Positions 11,284 through 21,410 of a DNA stretch of 64,000 nucleotides are shown here, one piece after another. Position numbers and translations under genes: made by a program. The notes beneath the pieces are model-generated. The model saw only the letters and a list, made by a program, of their open reading frames with translations, ran no database searches and was not told the origin of the DNA. Every line of letters begins with the position of its first letter. The stretch's first letter is position 1. The stretch comes from Amphiscolops sp. MND2022 (lineage: Eukaryota). The stretch lies in contig OZ076413.1 of the NCBI GenBank assembly GCA_964187785.1, positions 47,184,001 through 47,248,000 on the forward strand, written 5' to 3'.

Positions 11284-14247
11284 CTAGTGAGATGAGTCGT
11301 CGACTGGGAGCTTCCTGAGCTTCACCACTGGTCGGATGATATCGCCAGAGGTCGTTTTGAGTTTTGCGACTCTGTTCACTTGATCATTTCCTGAGTACAA
11401 TTGGGTGATTCTCGCCATTTTCCATCTTAGTGGTGGCAAATTGTCTTCTGCGATCAAAACTAGGTCACCAACGTTGAAATTAGGACCGGATTGAAGCCAT
11501 CGTTTCCGTATTTGAAGGGTCACCAAGTAGTCTCTGTACCAGGCTTTCCAGAATTGTCGTTTGGAGGCTTCAAGTAACTTGAGTCTTTGTCCCAAAGAAA
11601 TGGAATCAGAGTTCGTCACCATGGACGGATCTCTTGAAGCTCTCCCTAGTAGAAAGTGAGCAGGAGTTACTGGCTGAAGATCGTTCGGGTCATTGGACAT
11701 AGCTGAAAGTGGTCTCGAGTTCAAGATCGCTTCAATTTGAATCACCAAGGTATTGAGTTCTTCGAAGGATAGTATTTGAAGACCAACAGTGCGACGTAGA
11801 TGGCGTTTCATGCTCTTCACTGCGGCTTCCCAAAGTCCTCCAAAATGGGGAGACCGAGGAGGTATTGTTTCCCATTCGATTGCTTCTTGAGTTATTAATG
11901 TGGCAATTGAGCTATCATTGCATTCTAGAGCGAGAATTTCTTGTGCCTTGATAATGTCGTTTCTGGCTCCTATGAAATTCGTTCCGTTATCACTGAGGAT
12001 TTTCGTAGGTGAACCTCGCCTTGCAACGAAACGCTTGAGTGCCGAGATACATGCTTCTTTTGTCAAATCAGCCACCAATTCAATGTGAACTGCCTTGACC
12101 ACCAAACAAACGAAGATTGCAATGTAAGTCTTGACTCCCGGCTTAGTGTAGATTGGCCCGGCTAAATCCAAGCCACATGTTTGGAACGGTTTTCGGGGGG
12201 TAATCCGTTCTGCTGGGAGATCAGCCATGAGTTGGTACGGTATCTTGTTCTCAAATCGACTGCATTTGATGCACTGTTTGATGACCTTTTTGACCAAGAC
12301 TTTGGCAGTTGGGATCCAGAATTCTTCTCTGCTGGAGTTGACTGTTAATTCCGCCCCTCCATGGAGCGTAGCTTCATGATAATGTAGGAGTATCAAGTGG
12401 GCCAGTCTTGAATTTTGACTCACGAGTAGTGGAAACTTCTTCAATTCTCGAAACTGTCCTTGCGATAGTCTTCCACCTACTCGAATCGTGCTGCTTTCAA
12501 TGTCATAGAAAGGTGTTAGATTCAAGATTTTACTTTGTCGAGGTAATGCTTTTCCTGCTTTTAGGACTGCGAATTCATCTGCAAAATACTCCAATTGATT
12601 TTGGCGTACCAGTGTCCATTTAGCGGTTGCTAGGCATTCTGCTGATATGAACGATTTAGTATTTACTCTTCTAAGTTTGTCAAGAGCAATCTGTACTGTT
12701 GCAACTACGCGAATCAAGCTTGTGAAACTAGAGAACTTTTCTGGCTGAAAAATTAGAGCGTGTTGAACTACTGCATTCGATTGAAGGGTGATTGTTGTGG
12801 AATGAGACGTTTTTTGCTTTCTGTGATCTCTTACCTCAGATGGTTCCATCAGTTGTATTTCAGATTTCGGCCACTTCTCTTGTGGTTTCTGTAACCAGGC
12901 GGGACCATTCCACCACAAAGATGATGATTTCAGTATTTCGAGTGTTGTGCCTCGAGATGAACAATCTGCTGGGTTACTGGATGAGGGGACATGATTCCAA
13001 TTTGACCTTGGCAAAACTTGTTGTACCTCTGAGACACGATTAGCAACAAATGTTGTCCATGTTCGTGGTAATTGTGCTAACCATTGCAATACAATTGTGG
13101 AATCTGTCCATCCGAATATCTGTTGTTGCGGTAAAGATGTCAGCATCATGATTTCTTTTACCTTAGTTAGAAGTTTCGCCCCAAGATGAGCTCCACAGAG
13201 TTCCAGACGTGGTAATGACACTGTTTTTATCGTCGTCACGCGGTTTTTCCCAGCAATGATGTTGACAGAGACAAAACCTTCTGCGTCGACTATCCGTGCG
13301 TAGATCACAGCAGCGTAGGCGCTTTCTGAGGCATCCGTGAATAGATGCAGCTGAATTTCTTCGACCTTTGCGGGAGGAAGGATGCATCTTTTCAATGTGA
13401 ATGTGTGTAGCGTCGCCAAATCTGTCTTCATGTCACGCCATTGCTGTTGGATGTCATCTGGAAGCGTTTCGTCCCACTCTATTCCACGTATCCAAAGTTT
13501 CTGAAGGAGTATTTTGAACTGTATTATGATTGGTCCAAACCAGCCGATGGGGTCGAAGAGCTTCGCTGTCTCCGACAGCAAATCTCGCTTAGTGAGCTTT
13601 GTTTCCTGGTTGAATTTCGTGTGGAAGCAAAATATGTCTGTGTTCGGCATCCAAGAAATGCCCAAAGTTTTGATTTTGTAGTTTTCATCCATGAACTTTT
13701 CTTGATCTCCATTCTCACGCAGTGGTTCTGGTAAGGATGAAATGATTTCGTGATGGCTAGAACTCCATTTGCGCAATTCAAAACCATGCTTTTTGAGCTG
13801 CTGGCAAATCTGTTCAACTTTGTTAAGAGCTTCCGGTATTGAATCTGCGCCAGAAAGATAATCGTCAACGTAGAAGTCCTGTTTGATAGATTTTTGCAGT
13901 GATTCGTCTTTACATCGATTAGCAACTCCTACTAGTGATCGTGTGGAATGGAAAGCTGAGGATGCTATTCCATATGTTACCCTCGTCATTCGATATTGTT
14001 TAATTGGCTCCTCCGGTGAGTCTCTCCAAAGTATACGATGAAAATCTTTTGCGCAATGACTCAGTGCTATTTGCCTGTACATTTTGGCAATGTCTCCCGA
14101 AAGAGCAACTTTATGAGTTCGAAATCTGATGAGAATTGAAAATAGATCCTCTTGTACAGTTGGTCCCACCATGAGTGATCCATTGAGTGAGATTCCATTG
14201 CTTGATTTGGCTGATCCATCGAAAACTACTCTCAGCTTTGTTGTAGT
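11284..14247 (-). CDS. pol: BEL/Pao Pol: reverse transcriptase, RNase H, integrase, DUF5641-like tail
   Basis: The frame starts TTTKLRVVFDGSAK upstream of the ORF-track Met at 14172. RT motifs DIAKMYRQI and FYVDDYL; RNase H motifs FTDASESAYAA, LPRLELCGA, WTDS, NPAD; integrase HHCC, GLDLAGP, SDNGTNF, GGLWEAAVK; C-terminal VGDLVLI...RPVVKL. Confidence 0.96.
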   Translation of the reverse strand, partial: TTTKLRVVFDGSAKSSNGISLNGSLMVGPTVQEDLFSILIRFRTHKVALSGDIAKMYRQIALSHCAKDFHRILWRDSPEEPIKQYRMTRVTYGIASSAFHSTRSLVGVANRCKDESLQKSIKQDFYVDDYLSGADSIPEALNKVEQICQQLKKHGFELRKWSSSHHEIISSLPEPLRENGDQEKFMDENYKIKTLGISWMPNTDIFCFHTKFNQETKLTKRDLLSETAKLFDPIGWFGPIIIQFKILLQKLWIRGIEWDETLPDDIQQQWRDMKTDLATLHTFTLKRCILPPAKVEEIQLHLFTDASESAYAAVIYARIVDAEGFVSVNIIAGKNRVTTIKTVSLPRLELCGAHLGAKLLTKVKEIMMLTSLPQQQIFGWTDSTIVLQWLAQLPRTWTTFVANRVSEVQQVLPRSNWNHVPSSSNPADCSSRGTTLEILKSSSLWWNGPAWLQKPQEKWPKSEIQLMEPSEVRDHRKQKTSHSTTITLQSNAVVQHALIFQPEKFSSFTSLIRVVATVQIALDKLRRVNTKSFISAECLATAKWTLVRQNQLEYFADEFAVLKAGKALPRQSKILNLTPFYDIESSTIRVGGRLSQGQFRELKKFPLLVSQNSRLAHLILLHYHEATLHGGAELTVNSSREEFWIPTAKVLVKKVIKQCIKCSRFENKIPYQLMADLPAERITPRKPFQTCGLDLAGPIYTKPGVKTYIAIFVCLVVKAVHIELVADLTKEACISALKRFVARRGSPTKILSDNGTNFIGARNDIIKAQEILALECNDSSIATLITQEAIEWETIPPRSPHFGGLWEAAVKSMKRHLRRTVGLQILSFEELNTLVIQIEAILNSRPLSAMSNDPNDLQPVTPAHFLLGRASRDPSMVTNSDSISLGQRLKLLEASKRQFWKAWYRDYLVTLQIRKRWLQSGPNFNVGDLVLIAEDNLPPLRWKMARITQLYSGNDQVNRVAKLKTTSGDIIRPVVKLRKLPVDDSSH

Positions 14248-16456
14248 TGTCTTCTTTATGCACGCAGTGATGAGGTAAGAAGTTTATCTGGGAGTCCGGC
14301 TTGAGAATTTCGTCTTCGGGTACTAGCTCAAGATGTTCGAGATTGATAAATTCATGAATGAAATCTGAATAACCTTTTCGCAATGTAGGGTGAGCCTCCA
14401 GACGCTTTTCTAAGCTGAGAAATCTTCGCTTAGCTTGTACGTAGGTATCACCTAATGCAGGCGCATCAGATTTGAAAGGCATTTGAACTGTAAATCGGTT
14501 GTTCTCGAATGTAGTTGTCTCTTGAAAATGCTTTTCACAAGCAATTTCTTCAGATGTGTATTTGTTTGCTTTTGGAACTTCTTCCAACTCCCAAAATTGT
14601 TTCAAATCGAAGGTATCATTGATGCAAAGCGAAGTATTAGCGATAGTTCCGGCGTGATTTGGTTGTTTTCCGGAAACAATCCAGTCAAGTACCGTATTGC
14701 GGAAATGGAGGCCATTGTTTTCCGAAAATTTTCCTTCTAGGGCAATTTCTTCGGCAATGTCTGCTCCCAAAATTAAATCAATTGCACTGGAGACATTGAA
14801 TTCAGGATCTGCTAAGTTCACAGTTCTTATGTGAGACTGTGCTGACTTGTGGAAAGAACGACTGGGCAGAAGCTGGGTGAGACTAGGAAGAATGAAAGCG
14901 CGAACTTCAATGACTTTGGACCCAGATTTTGGTTTTAGACGTAAGAGAACACTTCCAGAGTTGTAGGTTTTTGCAACATTGCCAATACCGTTGACTGTCA
15001 GTGATTGTCTTCTCCGTTTCAATTGCATCTTTTGTACTGCCGACTCCGTTATGAGACTAAGTTGAGAGCCACTATCAATCATGGCTCGGCAAACGGTGAT
15101 TGTAGAGGTATCATCCGCAACTGGCACCAAAGCAGTCGGTATGACACCAGATGCAGAAAAGTTGAATGATTGATGTGCAATTAGTGATCCCGTGACTTCG
15201 CCCTTTCGTGTCAAATCTGCATGAAGTAGAGTATTATGTTTTCCATGACACGTTTTGCAGGTATGCTTTGACTTGCAATCCTTTGTTACGTGCCCTGAAT
15301 TCAAACAATTGAAGCACAATTTGGATGAATAAACTAAGGCTTTCTTCTCTTTCATATCCAATTTACTGAACTTTTTGCATGCGTAAATTTTGTGATTTTC
15401 AGAGCAACAAGGGCACGTTTCAGCAGATGTCTGGTAGTTCTGTGGAACTTGTCTTTGTTCCCGATTCCTCACGAACTTGGTATTTTGACTCACAGGCTGT
15501 TCTTTCTTTGCGGAATTGGATGCTTCTAATGCTTGTACACGTTTGTTGACGAAGTCTCGCAATTGATCAAGCGTTTGCAACTTCTTTCCTGGATAATCGA
15601 GTTCCCATTGACGTCTAGATTCGTGATCAAGTTTTTCAGAAACAATTCTGACCCAAATGAAACTACTCGCTTCTGTATTGACATTGAGTGCTTCAATGGC
15701 CATCAAATTTTCTTCGAAGCTAACGAACACTTGTCGTAATTCTGAAGCTGATTCACTTCGCAAAGGCTTCAATTGCAAAATTGCGTCCAAGTGAGAGTTG
15801 ACAATGAGTCTTTCGTTGTTGTAACGATCAGTCAATGATTTCAAAGCAATTTTATAGTTTGAATTAGACAATGGTAAATGGGAGACTAACTGTAAGGCTT
15901 CACCCGTGAGAGACGCTTTGAGGTAATTGAACTTTTGAATGTCGGGAATAACCGTATTGCTATCCACTGAAGCCAAAAACTGTTCATAGAAAGGAGTCCA
16001 TCCTTTGTATTGACCATTGAACTTGGGAAGGTCAAATTTCGGCATTTTCAAATGTCCTGTTGTTGGAGAACTAGTTGATGTTGAAGTTGGTGCTGTGAAT
16101 GCTGCGGTCAGAACTGGATCTTGGACTTCAAATTGTTCAAGGAAACTACTAATTCTCTCTAGCTGTGTTCCTATTTTGTTTTCAAAGTCGTCTGCGTCCT
16201 CGATTTCTTTCTCCATTTCGTTGTCTGTATCTGGAGTGATTTGCAGTGCTGCAGCATTCAAGGAAACAGCGTTTTCAAGTCTCTTCAATTGTTTTTCTAC
16301 TGCTCGCAGATAGCTGAGATCGTCGGCTGTGACGTTTTCTTTTTCTTTGTCGAAAAGAGGTCTTAGTTTCAATTCTAGTTTGGTGGTCACACCAAGAATT
16401 GCTGAACGTGAACGTTTCAGCTGTTCATGCGTTTTCCCCTCATAGGTTGACGACAT
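14111..16456 (-). CDS. gag: BEL/Pao Gag-protease part of the polyprotein (frameshifted near 14248)
   Basis: DUF1759-like KMPKFDLPKFNGQYKGWTPFYEQF; three Cys/His knuckles (CPCCSENHKIYAC, CFNCLNSGHVTKDC, CKTCHGKHNTLLH); aspartic protease MIDSGSQLS; ends at the RT-start motif LPHHCVHKED. Confidence 0.94.
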   Translation of the reverse strand: MSSTYEGKTHEQLKRSRSAILGVTTKLELKLRPLFDKEKENVTADDLSYLRAVEKQLKRLENAVSLNAAALQITPDTDNEMEKEIEDADDFENKIGTQLERISSFLEQFEVQDPVLTAAFTAPTSTSTSSPTTGHLKMPKFDLPKFNGQYKGWTPFYEQFLASVDSNTVIPDIQKFNYLKASLTGEALQLVSHLPLSNSNYKIALKSLTDRYNNERLIVNSHLDAILQLKPLRSESASELRQVFVSFEENLMAIEALNVNTEASSFIWVRIVSEKLDHESRRQWELDYPGKKLQTLDQLRDFVNKRVQALEASNSAKKEQPVSQNTKFVRNREQRQVPQNYQTSAETCPCCSENHKIYACKKFSKLDMKEKKALVYSSKLCFNCLNSGHVTKDCKSKHTCKTCHGKHNTLLHADLTRKGEVTGSLIAHQSFNFSASGVIPTALVPVADDTSTITVCRAMIDSGSQLSLITESAVQKMQLKRRRQSLTVNGIGNVAKTYNSGSVLLRLKPKSGSKVIEVRAFILPSLTQLLPSRSFHKSAQSHIRTVNLADPEFNVSSAIDLILGADIAEEIALEGKFSENNGLHFRNTVLDWIVSGKQPNHAGTIANTSLCINDTFDLKQFWELEEVPKANKYTSEEIACEKHFQETTTFENNRFTVQMPFKSDAPALGDTYVQAKRRFLSLEKRLEAHPTLRKGYSDFIHEFINLEHLELVPEDEILKPDSQINFLPHHCVHKEDNYNKAESSFRWISQIKQWNLTQWITHGGTNCTRGSIFNSHQISNS

Positions 16457-16498
16457 GCTGCTTCGCTGATTGTTCCTGGGTTACGCGGCACCAATTGA

Positions 16499-16745
16499 TG
16501 TTTCGATAAACTTAAGTTTCTATCTTTGTTCTAGAAACGTGGGAAAGATTTTACAAAAGTCAAGGTTGAATTGAAATCAACACAATGGAATGATGAGAGT
16601 TATGACAAAAGAGTTAATGAAATTTGAAAAGTTGCATGAATAAATGATTCAGCATGTTTATAGTTATTGTGTATAAATTTGATTCGTCGCATGAAAATAT
16701 GAGTCAATAAAGTACAAGTTCATTAGAATTTTTAGGGCTTGAACA
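16499..16745 (-). repeat. 5' LTR of BEL/Pao element
   Basis: Direct repeat of 9974-10220, followed on the minus strand by a TGG-starting PBS and the gag ATG at 16456. Confidence 0.96.
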
Positions 16746-16870
16746 GCCTCCCTGATTATCCTTCCTGCTGAATATCAAATCACATTGCAAAAGGTTGCAT
16801 GAGGTGTTGGATTCAGTTCTCGGCGTTTTCCTGGCTTCTCTGAAAATGTTTAAACAGTTCTGATATATTG
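16746..16870. repeat. Terminal, degenerating satellite monomer (array edge)
   Basis: GCCTCCCTGATTATCCTTCCTGCTGAATATCAAATCAC... resumes the monomer exactly where the LTR element interrupted it, then decays into unique sequence. Confidence 0.92.
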
Positions 16871-17369
16871 AATCTTTGAACAATCTTTCAGCTTGATATT
16901 CTTGTCAATTTGTTCAAAATTGAGTTGAATCCAGATTATCCATTCTCAGTTGTTTTGCTAGTACTTCTTACATGCACAGTTGTTTTGCTGGTATTCTTAC
17001 ATGCACAAGTATGCTTGCGATGCAGTATCTAGGGGGTTAGAGACTTGGATTTTAGTAGTCGAAGAGATTTCGGATGTTAGCGAACCAGATCGATCACAGG
17101 GAAATGTCCACGTTTTCGTCCTCAAAGCGAAAGTTGGAAGAATATTGATACTTTCACGGATTTTGCTTTTTTTCGCATACTTTATTAGTTCATCGCCCTT
17201 TTATTGTTGAGGCTTGACCATCACATTCCCTATTTGATCCTTCGTATATTGATTCACATCTTTCACAGTGAATATTCGATGATTTCATTCAATTAGTGTG
17301 TGATCAACTCACTCGTCAGTGTAAATTGAAACCGGATAACTTTTTTTCAATTGGATACTGTCCTAGAGC

Positions 17370-17747
17370 TAGAGGTGTACCGGACAACAAATCCGGTCCG
17401 GTATCCGGCCGGATTTCAGGAAAATGTCCTGTCCGGTATCCGGCCGGACTTTTCACAATGTCCGGCCAGATATGATCTTAAAATAATAATCTAAAATAAT
17501 CGGAATCTCTAACTTAGAAAAAGTGTATGTGCATCGAAAAATTGAATTTGTGACTGTGAATCAAAATTCACTTAATTATGGCGGAAGGAAAATAGTTTTT
17601 CACCGCTCTGTGGTAAAAGCCTGCTCCGTTTTCGTAATCCTCTTTGCCCCGTCCTAGAAACAGCTCTTCAATTGAGGGTACAATTGAGGGTAATGTCCTG
17701 TCCGGTTGTCCGGCCGGACGGAAATTTTCCTGTCCGGTGCACCTCTA
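17370..17747. mobile_element. hAT-type MITE, copy 1
   Basis: TIR TAGAGGTG(T/C)ACCGGACA; 8-bp TSD CCTAGAGC at 17362-17369 and 17748-17755; subterminal CCGGA repeats. Confidence 0.92.
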
Positions 17748-18200
17748 CCTAGAGCACTAACTTGACTCAAACTCACATCACAGACTCTTGTCTTTTCCGC
17801 TGTCAATGATTGGCGAATTTAGTTTAGATCTAACAAAATACTGATTGGATCATTTCTTCTTTTGTTTCCTTTGTACATTTTAGGTCCAAACGTCTACAAA
17901 ATTGTCTAGAAGGTCTAAAAGTGTCTGAAAATTTGGTCCAAAATAACTCATTGAGACCCCCTTATTATTGATTTCCCCAAATTGAAAAAAATGGTGCAGA
18001 ATCTAATCAAATTACGAGTTCGTCGACTGCGTTTCACGAATATTCGGTAATTTGAACCATTGACGGTGAAAAATTTGTGTAATCAAACCCGATTTTCAGT
18101 GAAAGCAGGTATGGAATTAAATTTACTTTCTTGAGGGTCGCTTAGTTTCGGTTGGGCGCGTATCAGCATGAGTATCAAACTGCACTGTCTTTTTTTCCAG

Positions 18201-18515
18201 ACAGTCTCTCGCTGGACTGAAGGATGGGTGCCTGCTGAATGCAGTTGGCCCGCCTGGTTCGGGTTCTACGCAGTTTTCGTTTTTGTTCACGTCATCCTTG
18301 TTTGCGAATTCTTCGGAGAAAAGTTGGCAAACTTCTTCGGCATCATGGATTCCAAATATTCTTACGTGCTGGACGAACATTACAGAAATTTGGAAAAACG
18401 CAGAGAAATTGAACGATCACTCGCAATGGAACCTGAAGTGACTCTTACAAATGTGCGACATATCGACCCAGAATCGAAAGCATCAACCTCGACTCAGTCT
18501 TCAAAAAATTTATAA
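18201..18515 (+). CDS. FAM177A1: FAM177A-like protein, 3' coding exon
   Basis: After the acceptor TTTTTTCCAG it reads WPAWFGFY...VCEFFGEKLANFFGIMDSKYSYVLDEHYR, matching the FAM177 family motif (VCDFLGEKIASVLGISTPKYQYAIDEYYR, recalled from memory). Upstream exons were not found. Confidence 0.8.
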   Translation, partial: TVSRWTEGWVPAECSWPAWFGFYAVFVFVHVILVCEFFGEKLANFFGIMDSKYSYVLDEHYRNLEKRREIERSLAMEPEVTLTNVRHIDPESKASTSTQSSKNL

Positions 18516-18965
18516 TTGATACCGATTTCTAATTGACTACAAAACAGAATCTTCGTTAGATAAAGATTTGTTGAGAATGCAAATATCAATTTAGTTACAA
18601 TAATGATAGCGCTCAGCTTTCCATGGATTATACGCACTGTAATTTCTTTGGATTTTTGGTCATTAATTCATCTCGTTGCATAGTTTTTTTTTGGTGTAAT
18701 CAGAATTGGTATAATTTGCCTTATTTTAGATAACCTCAAACCTCAAATTGTTCCTTTTTGTATCTCTTACCTTCTGTCATCTTCCGTGCCGATCATTTTT
18801 GAATTGAATTATTAATTTTATGATGTAATATTTTTGAAAAATGGTATAATGTTTCTGGAGTCGGATTTGTTTGAAAACAGTTTTCCAAAGCCTCTCTTAG
18901 TCGAAGAAGAGATAGTGTCAATAGCTCAGAACGTGTGTTTTACTAAGTTAACGTCCGCTGAGAGG

Positions 18966-19064
18966 TTCTGAATGCAAATAAGAGGGCAAAAGGTAATTAC
19001 CGCTTACTATTAAACTTCTGAATGCAAATAAGAAGGCAAAAGGTAATTACCGCTTACTATTAAA
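18966..19064. repeat. 50-bp tandem duplication
   Basis: TTCTGAATGCAAATAAGA(G/A)GGCAAAAGGTAATTACCGCTTACTATTAAA occurs twice. Confidence 0.9.
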
Positions 19065-19081
19065 TTAACAAAGCTTACACT

Positions 19082-19529
19082 GGGAAATGGACGATTGAGT
19101 CCCAAATGCAAAAAGCGACAATTGAGTCCCAAAACAAATTGAGTCCCAAAACAAATTGAGTCCCAAAATAAATTAAATTTAGGGGGTCGACAGTTGAGTC
19201 CCAAATAATTCAGAAATAGAATATTATTATAACGTAGTCAGATATGTTCACATACCCCTAGTGCCCTAAATGCAGGAGCGAAGCGAAGCGGAGCGACGTG
19301 CCATATGGCCATGTCTCAATGTTGCTACTTGGCGAAGGGAGCGAAGCGACCTAGCCATACAACAAATATGCAACCTTTTCAATTGTCGCTATTTACATTT
19401 GGGACTCAACTGTCGGCATTTGGCAAGTTCGTCAAAGTGATTTGTTTGGGACTCAATTGTCGCGGGACTCAATTGACGCTTTTTGCATTTGGGACTCAAT
19501 TTGTATCGGGACTCAATCGTTGCCTCACC
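19082..19529. mobile_element. Non-autonomous DNA transposon with modular foldback TIRs (GG...CC ends, 8-bp TSD; Merlin-like)
   Basis: TTGAGTCCCAAA repeated on the left and TTTGGGACTCAA repeated on the right; TSD CTTACACT at 19074-19081 and 19530-19537. Confidence 0.8.
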
Positions 19530-19548
19530 CTTACACTTAAGATTTTAA

Positions 19549-20065
19549 GGTTTAGGATCATTTCCCACCACGTTCATTTCACCCGACATTCATTTCACCC
19601 CACATGCATTTCACCCCTTTTTAAGTTATCAAATGCGTCTCAGATTAATGACTATTGCCACACAATTTCAATCTTACTCTTACTGCTAATAGAAAAGCGT
19701 CTTGAATCTTATTACCAATTAGATAAGCAAATGATGCTTGCTATGTGAACCACAAAATCGGAACCAAAAAGTTTCACTTATCGGAATTGTAATACTTCTG
19801 AACAAAGCGCTGAATTTTTTTTATCAATCAAAATCTTCAATTATGGATGCTGCGAATCTTCAGCAAAAATTTCCTATTCCGTTTTCCTGCTGCAAAAAAT
19901 TTCCTACAGGCTAGAAACACAACCAAATCAAAGCTAACTCAAAAACAGTAGGCATCAAAGTTTCATCGTTAATTTGTTAATTAAGGTGAGACGCTTTTGT
20001 ATAAATACAATATGGTGTGAAATGAAAGGGGGTGAAATGAACCTGCTGTGAAATGAAGGCACACC
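19549..20065. mobile_element. Non-autonomous DNA transposon (GG...CC ends, 8-bp TSD; Merlin-like)
   Basis: CATTTCACC repeats on the left and GTGAAATG repeats on the right; TSD GATTTTAA at 19541-19548 and 20066-20073. Confidence 0.8.
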
Positions 20066-20361
20066 GATTTTAATGCTTTCAGTCATAATTACTTTCGCTA
20101 AGTTCAACAAGCCGAGAACGGCCCAGGTCTGGCAATATTCGTGCGACTCGAAAACGCTTTTCCCCTAACAGCGTTGTTGATGATTTGTTAGCATAATGAA
20201 TTCAAAGTAGTTAAAAAGTTTTTTTAACGCTTTCAAACTCCCCAAATTAGTACAGGAACTTTTATTCCTGAATTCCCAAAATCTCACTGTCCCGAAAAGT
20301 CCAACAATGATTCTTTTCCTGCCTTTCCCATTTGATGTAGCTGCGAAATGTAAAAGAACTA

Positions 20362-20966
20362 CAGTTGAATCCGCCTAATTCGTATCGCTAGCGGTAGCGT
20401 TAGCGACAATTCAGCTCTAATTAGCGATTGCGATAGTCAGCGACAAATTAGGGCGTTAGCGAACATTTTCATTCGCTAAACAGAATACAATGTCGTTAAG
20501 GTGAGAACGATTGAAAATATGATTCTGCTGAAAAATATTGGTCCATTGGTGCCCAATCAACATTGACAATTTTGATCCAGAAAGTTTTGGCTGCCGTACC
20601 CTGTACAGTTTTGGTCGAACGGTTATTGAGTGTGGCCGGCAATGTGCAGCACCCAAGGCGAACTAGACTTTTTCAAAAAATTTTCAAAACTTTCCGAAAT
20701 TTGAATGAATATCTTGAAAATCAGTTTTTTAATTAGCGTTAGCGATTAGCGAACCCATTTTGTAGTAGCGATAGCGATGAAATCGAGCCATTAGCGATGT
20801 TAGCGATTAGCGATAAAATGGTTAGCGATCACACCAAATAAAATAGTACGAATAATGAGAAATACGAATTATTCGGATGATATTGATTTTGGCAGAATGG
20901 ACTCTGATGTATACGAATTAAACGAAGATCCGATTTATCCGGATACGAATTTACCGGAGTTGACTG
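20362..20966. mobile_element. Tc1/mariner-type MITE
   Basis: Imperfect TIR CAGTTGAATCCGCCTAATTCGTATC / GATACGAATTTACCGGAGTTGACTG flanked by TA on both sides; internal TAGCGA motif arrays. Confidence 0.8.
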
Positions 20967-21055
20967 TATATGGTGGACCTGTTTGAATTGATAAAAGTCG
21001 AAAAGTGCCGAAAAATCCAAAATCTTACGACCGATTTTGTTCTGTAACAAACTCG

Positions 21056-21410
21056 AACAAGACGGGAACGTCCCAAGTCGGCGCCATATCTTAGGCTCAA
21101 AAATATTCAAGGAACAACTATTGGAAAAATTTGGAAAAAAATTTTTTTCAAAAAAAATTTGATTTTTTTTCGAAAAATATTTTTTAGGTCGCACAATGCC
21201 GAAAAACTCATTAAAAAATTTATGGTTTAGTGCGGGATTCGAACCCACGCTCTCCGGCTGGGTCGAAGATGAAAGATGAACAAATACGAAAGATGAACAA
21301 AAATTGTAAGAAAAGTGGACCACTCAGAGTGAGATTGTCAACTGAAAAAAAAAAACTACTCACTGTAAGAGTCGGGCTTTTTTCCTTAAGGGAAAAGGCG
21401 CCGACTAAAA
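21056..21410 (-). mobile_element. Helentron-associated (HINE/DINE-1-like) non-autonomous element
   Basis: On the minus strand: T-run, subTIR AGTCGGCGCC with nearby partial IR GCCCGACT, 3' subTIR GGCGCCGACT, stem-loop GACGTTCCCGTC, then TTGTT. No TSD. Confidence 0.75.

Larger units (their letters stand above)
9974..16745 (-). mobile_element. Full-length BEL/Pao LTR retrotransposon
   Basis: 247-bp LTRs with TG...CA ends at 9974-10220 and 16499-16745 differ at 1 nt. 5-bp TSD GCCTC at 9969-9973 and 16746-16750. PBS TGGTGCCGCGTAACCCAGG at about 16475-16493 and PPT CAAGGCGGGCGGAA at 10221-10234. Domain order is gag-PR-RT-RH-IN. Confidence 0.97.

Noticed and set aside
21223..21260. tRNA gene (GGTTCGAATCC on the minus strand)
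   Set aside because: Only a T-arm/B-box fragment inside a repeat; no A-box or cloverleaf.
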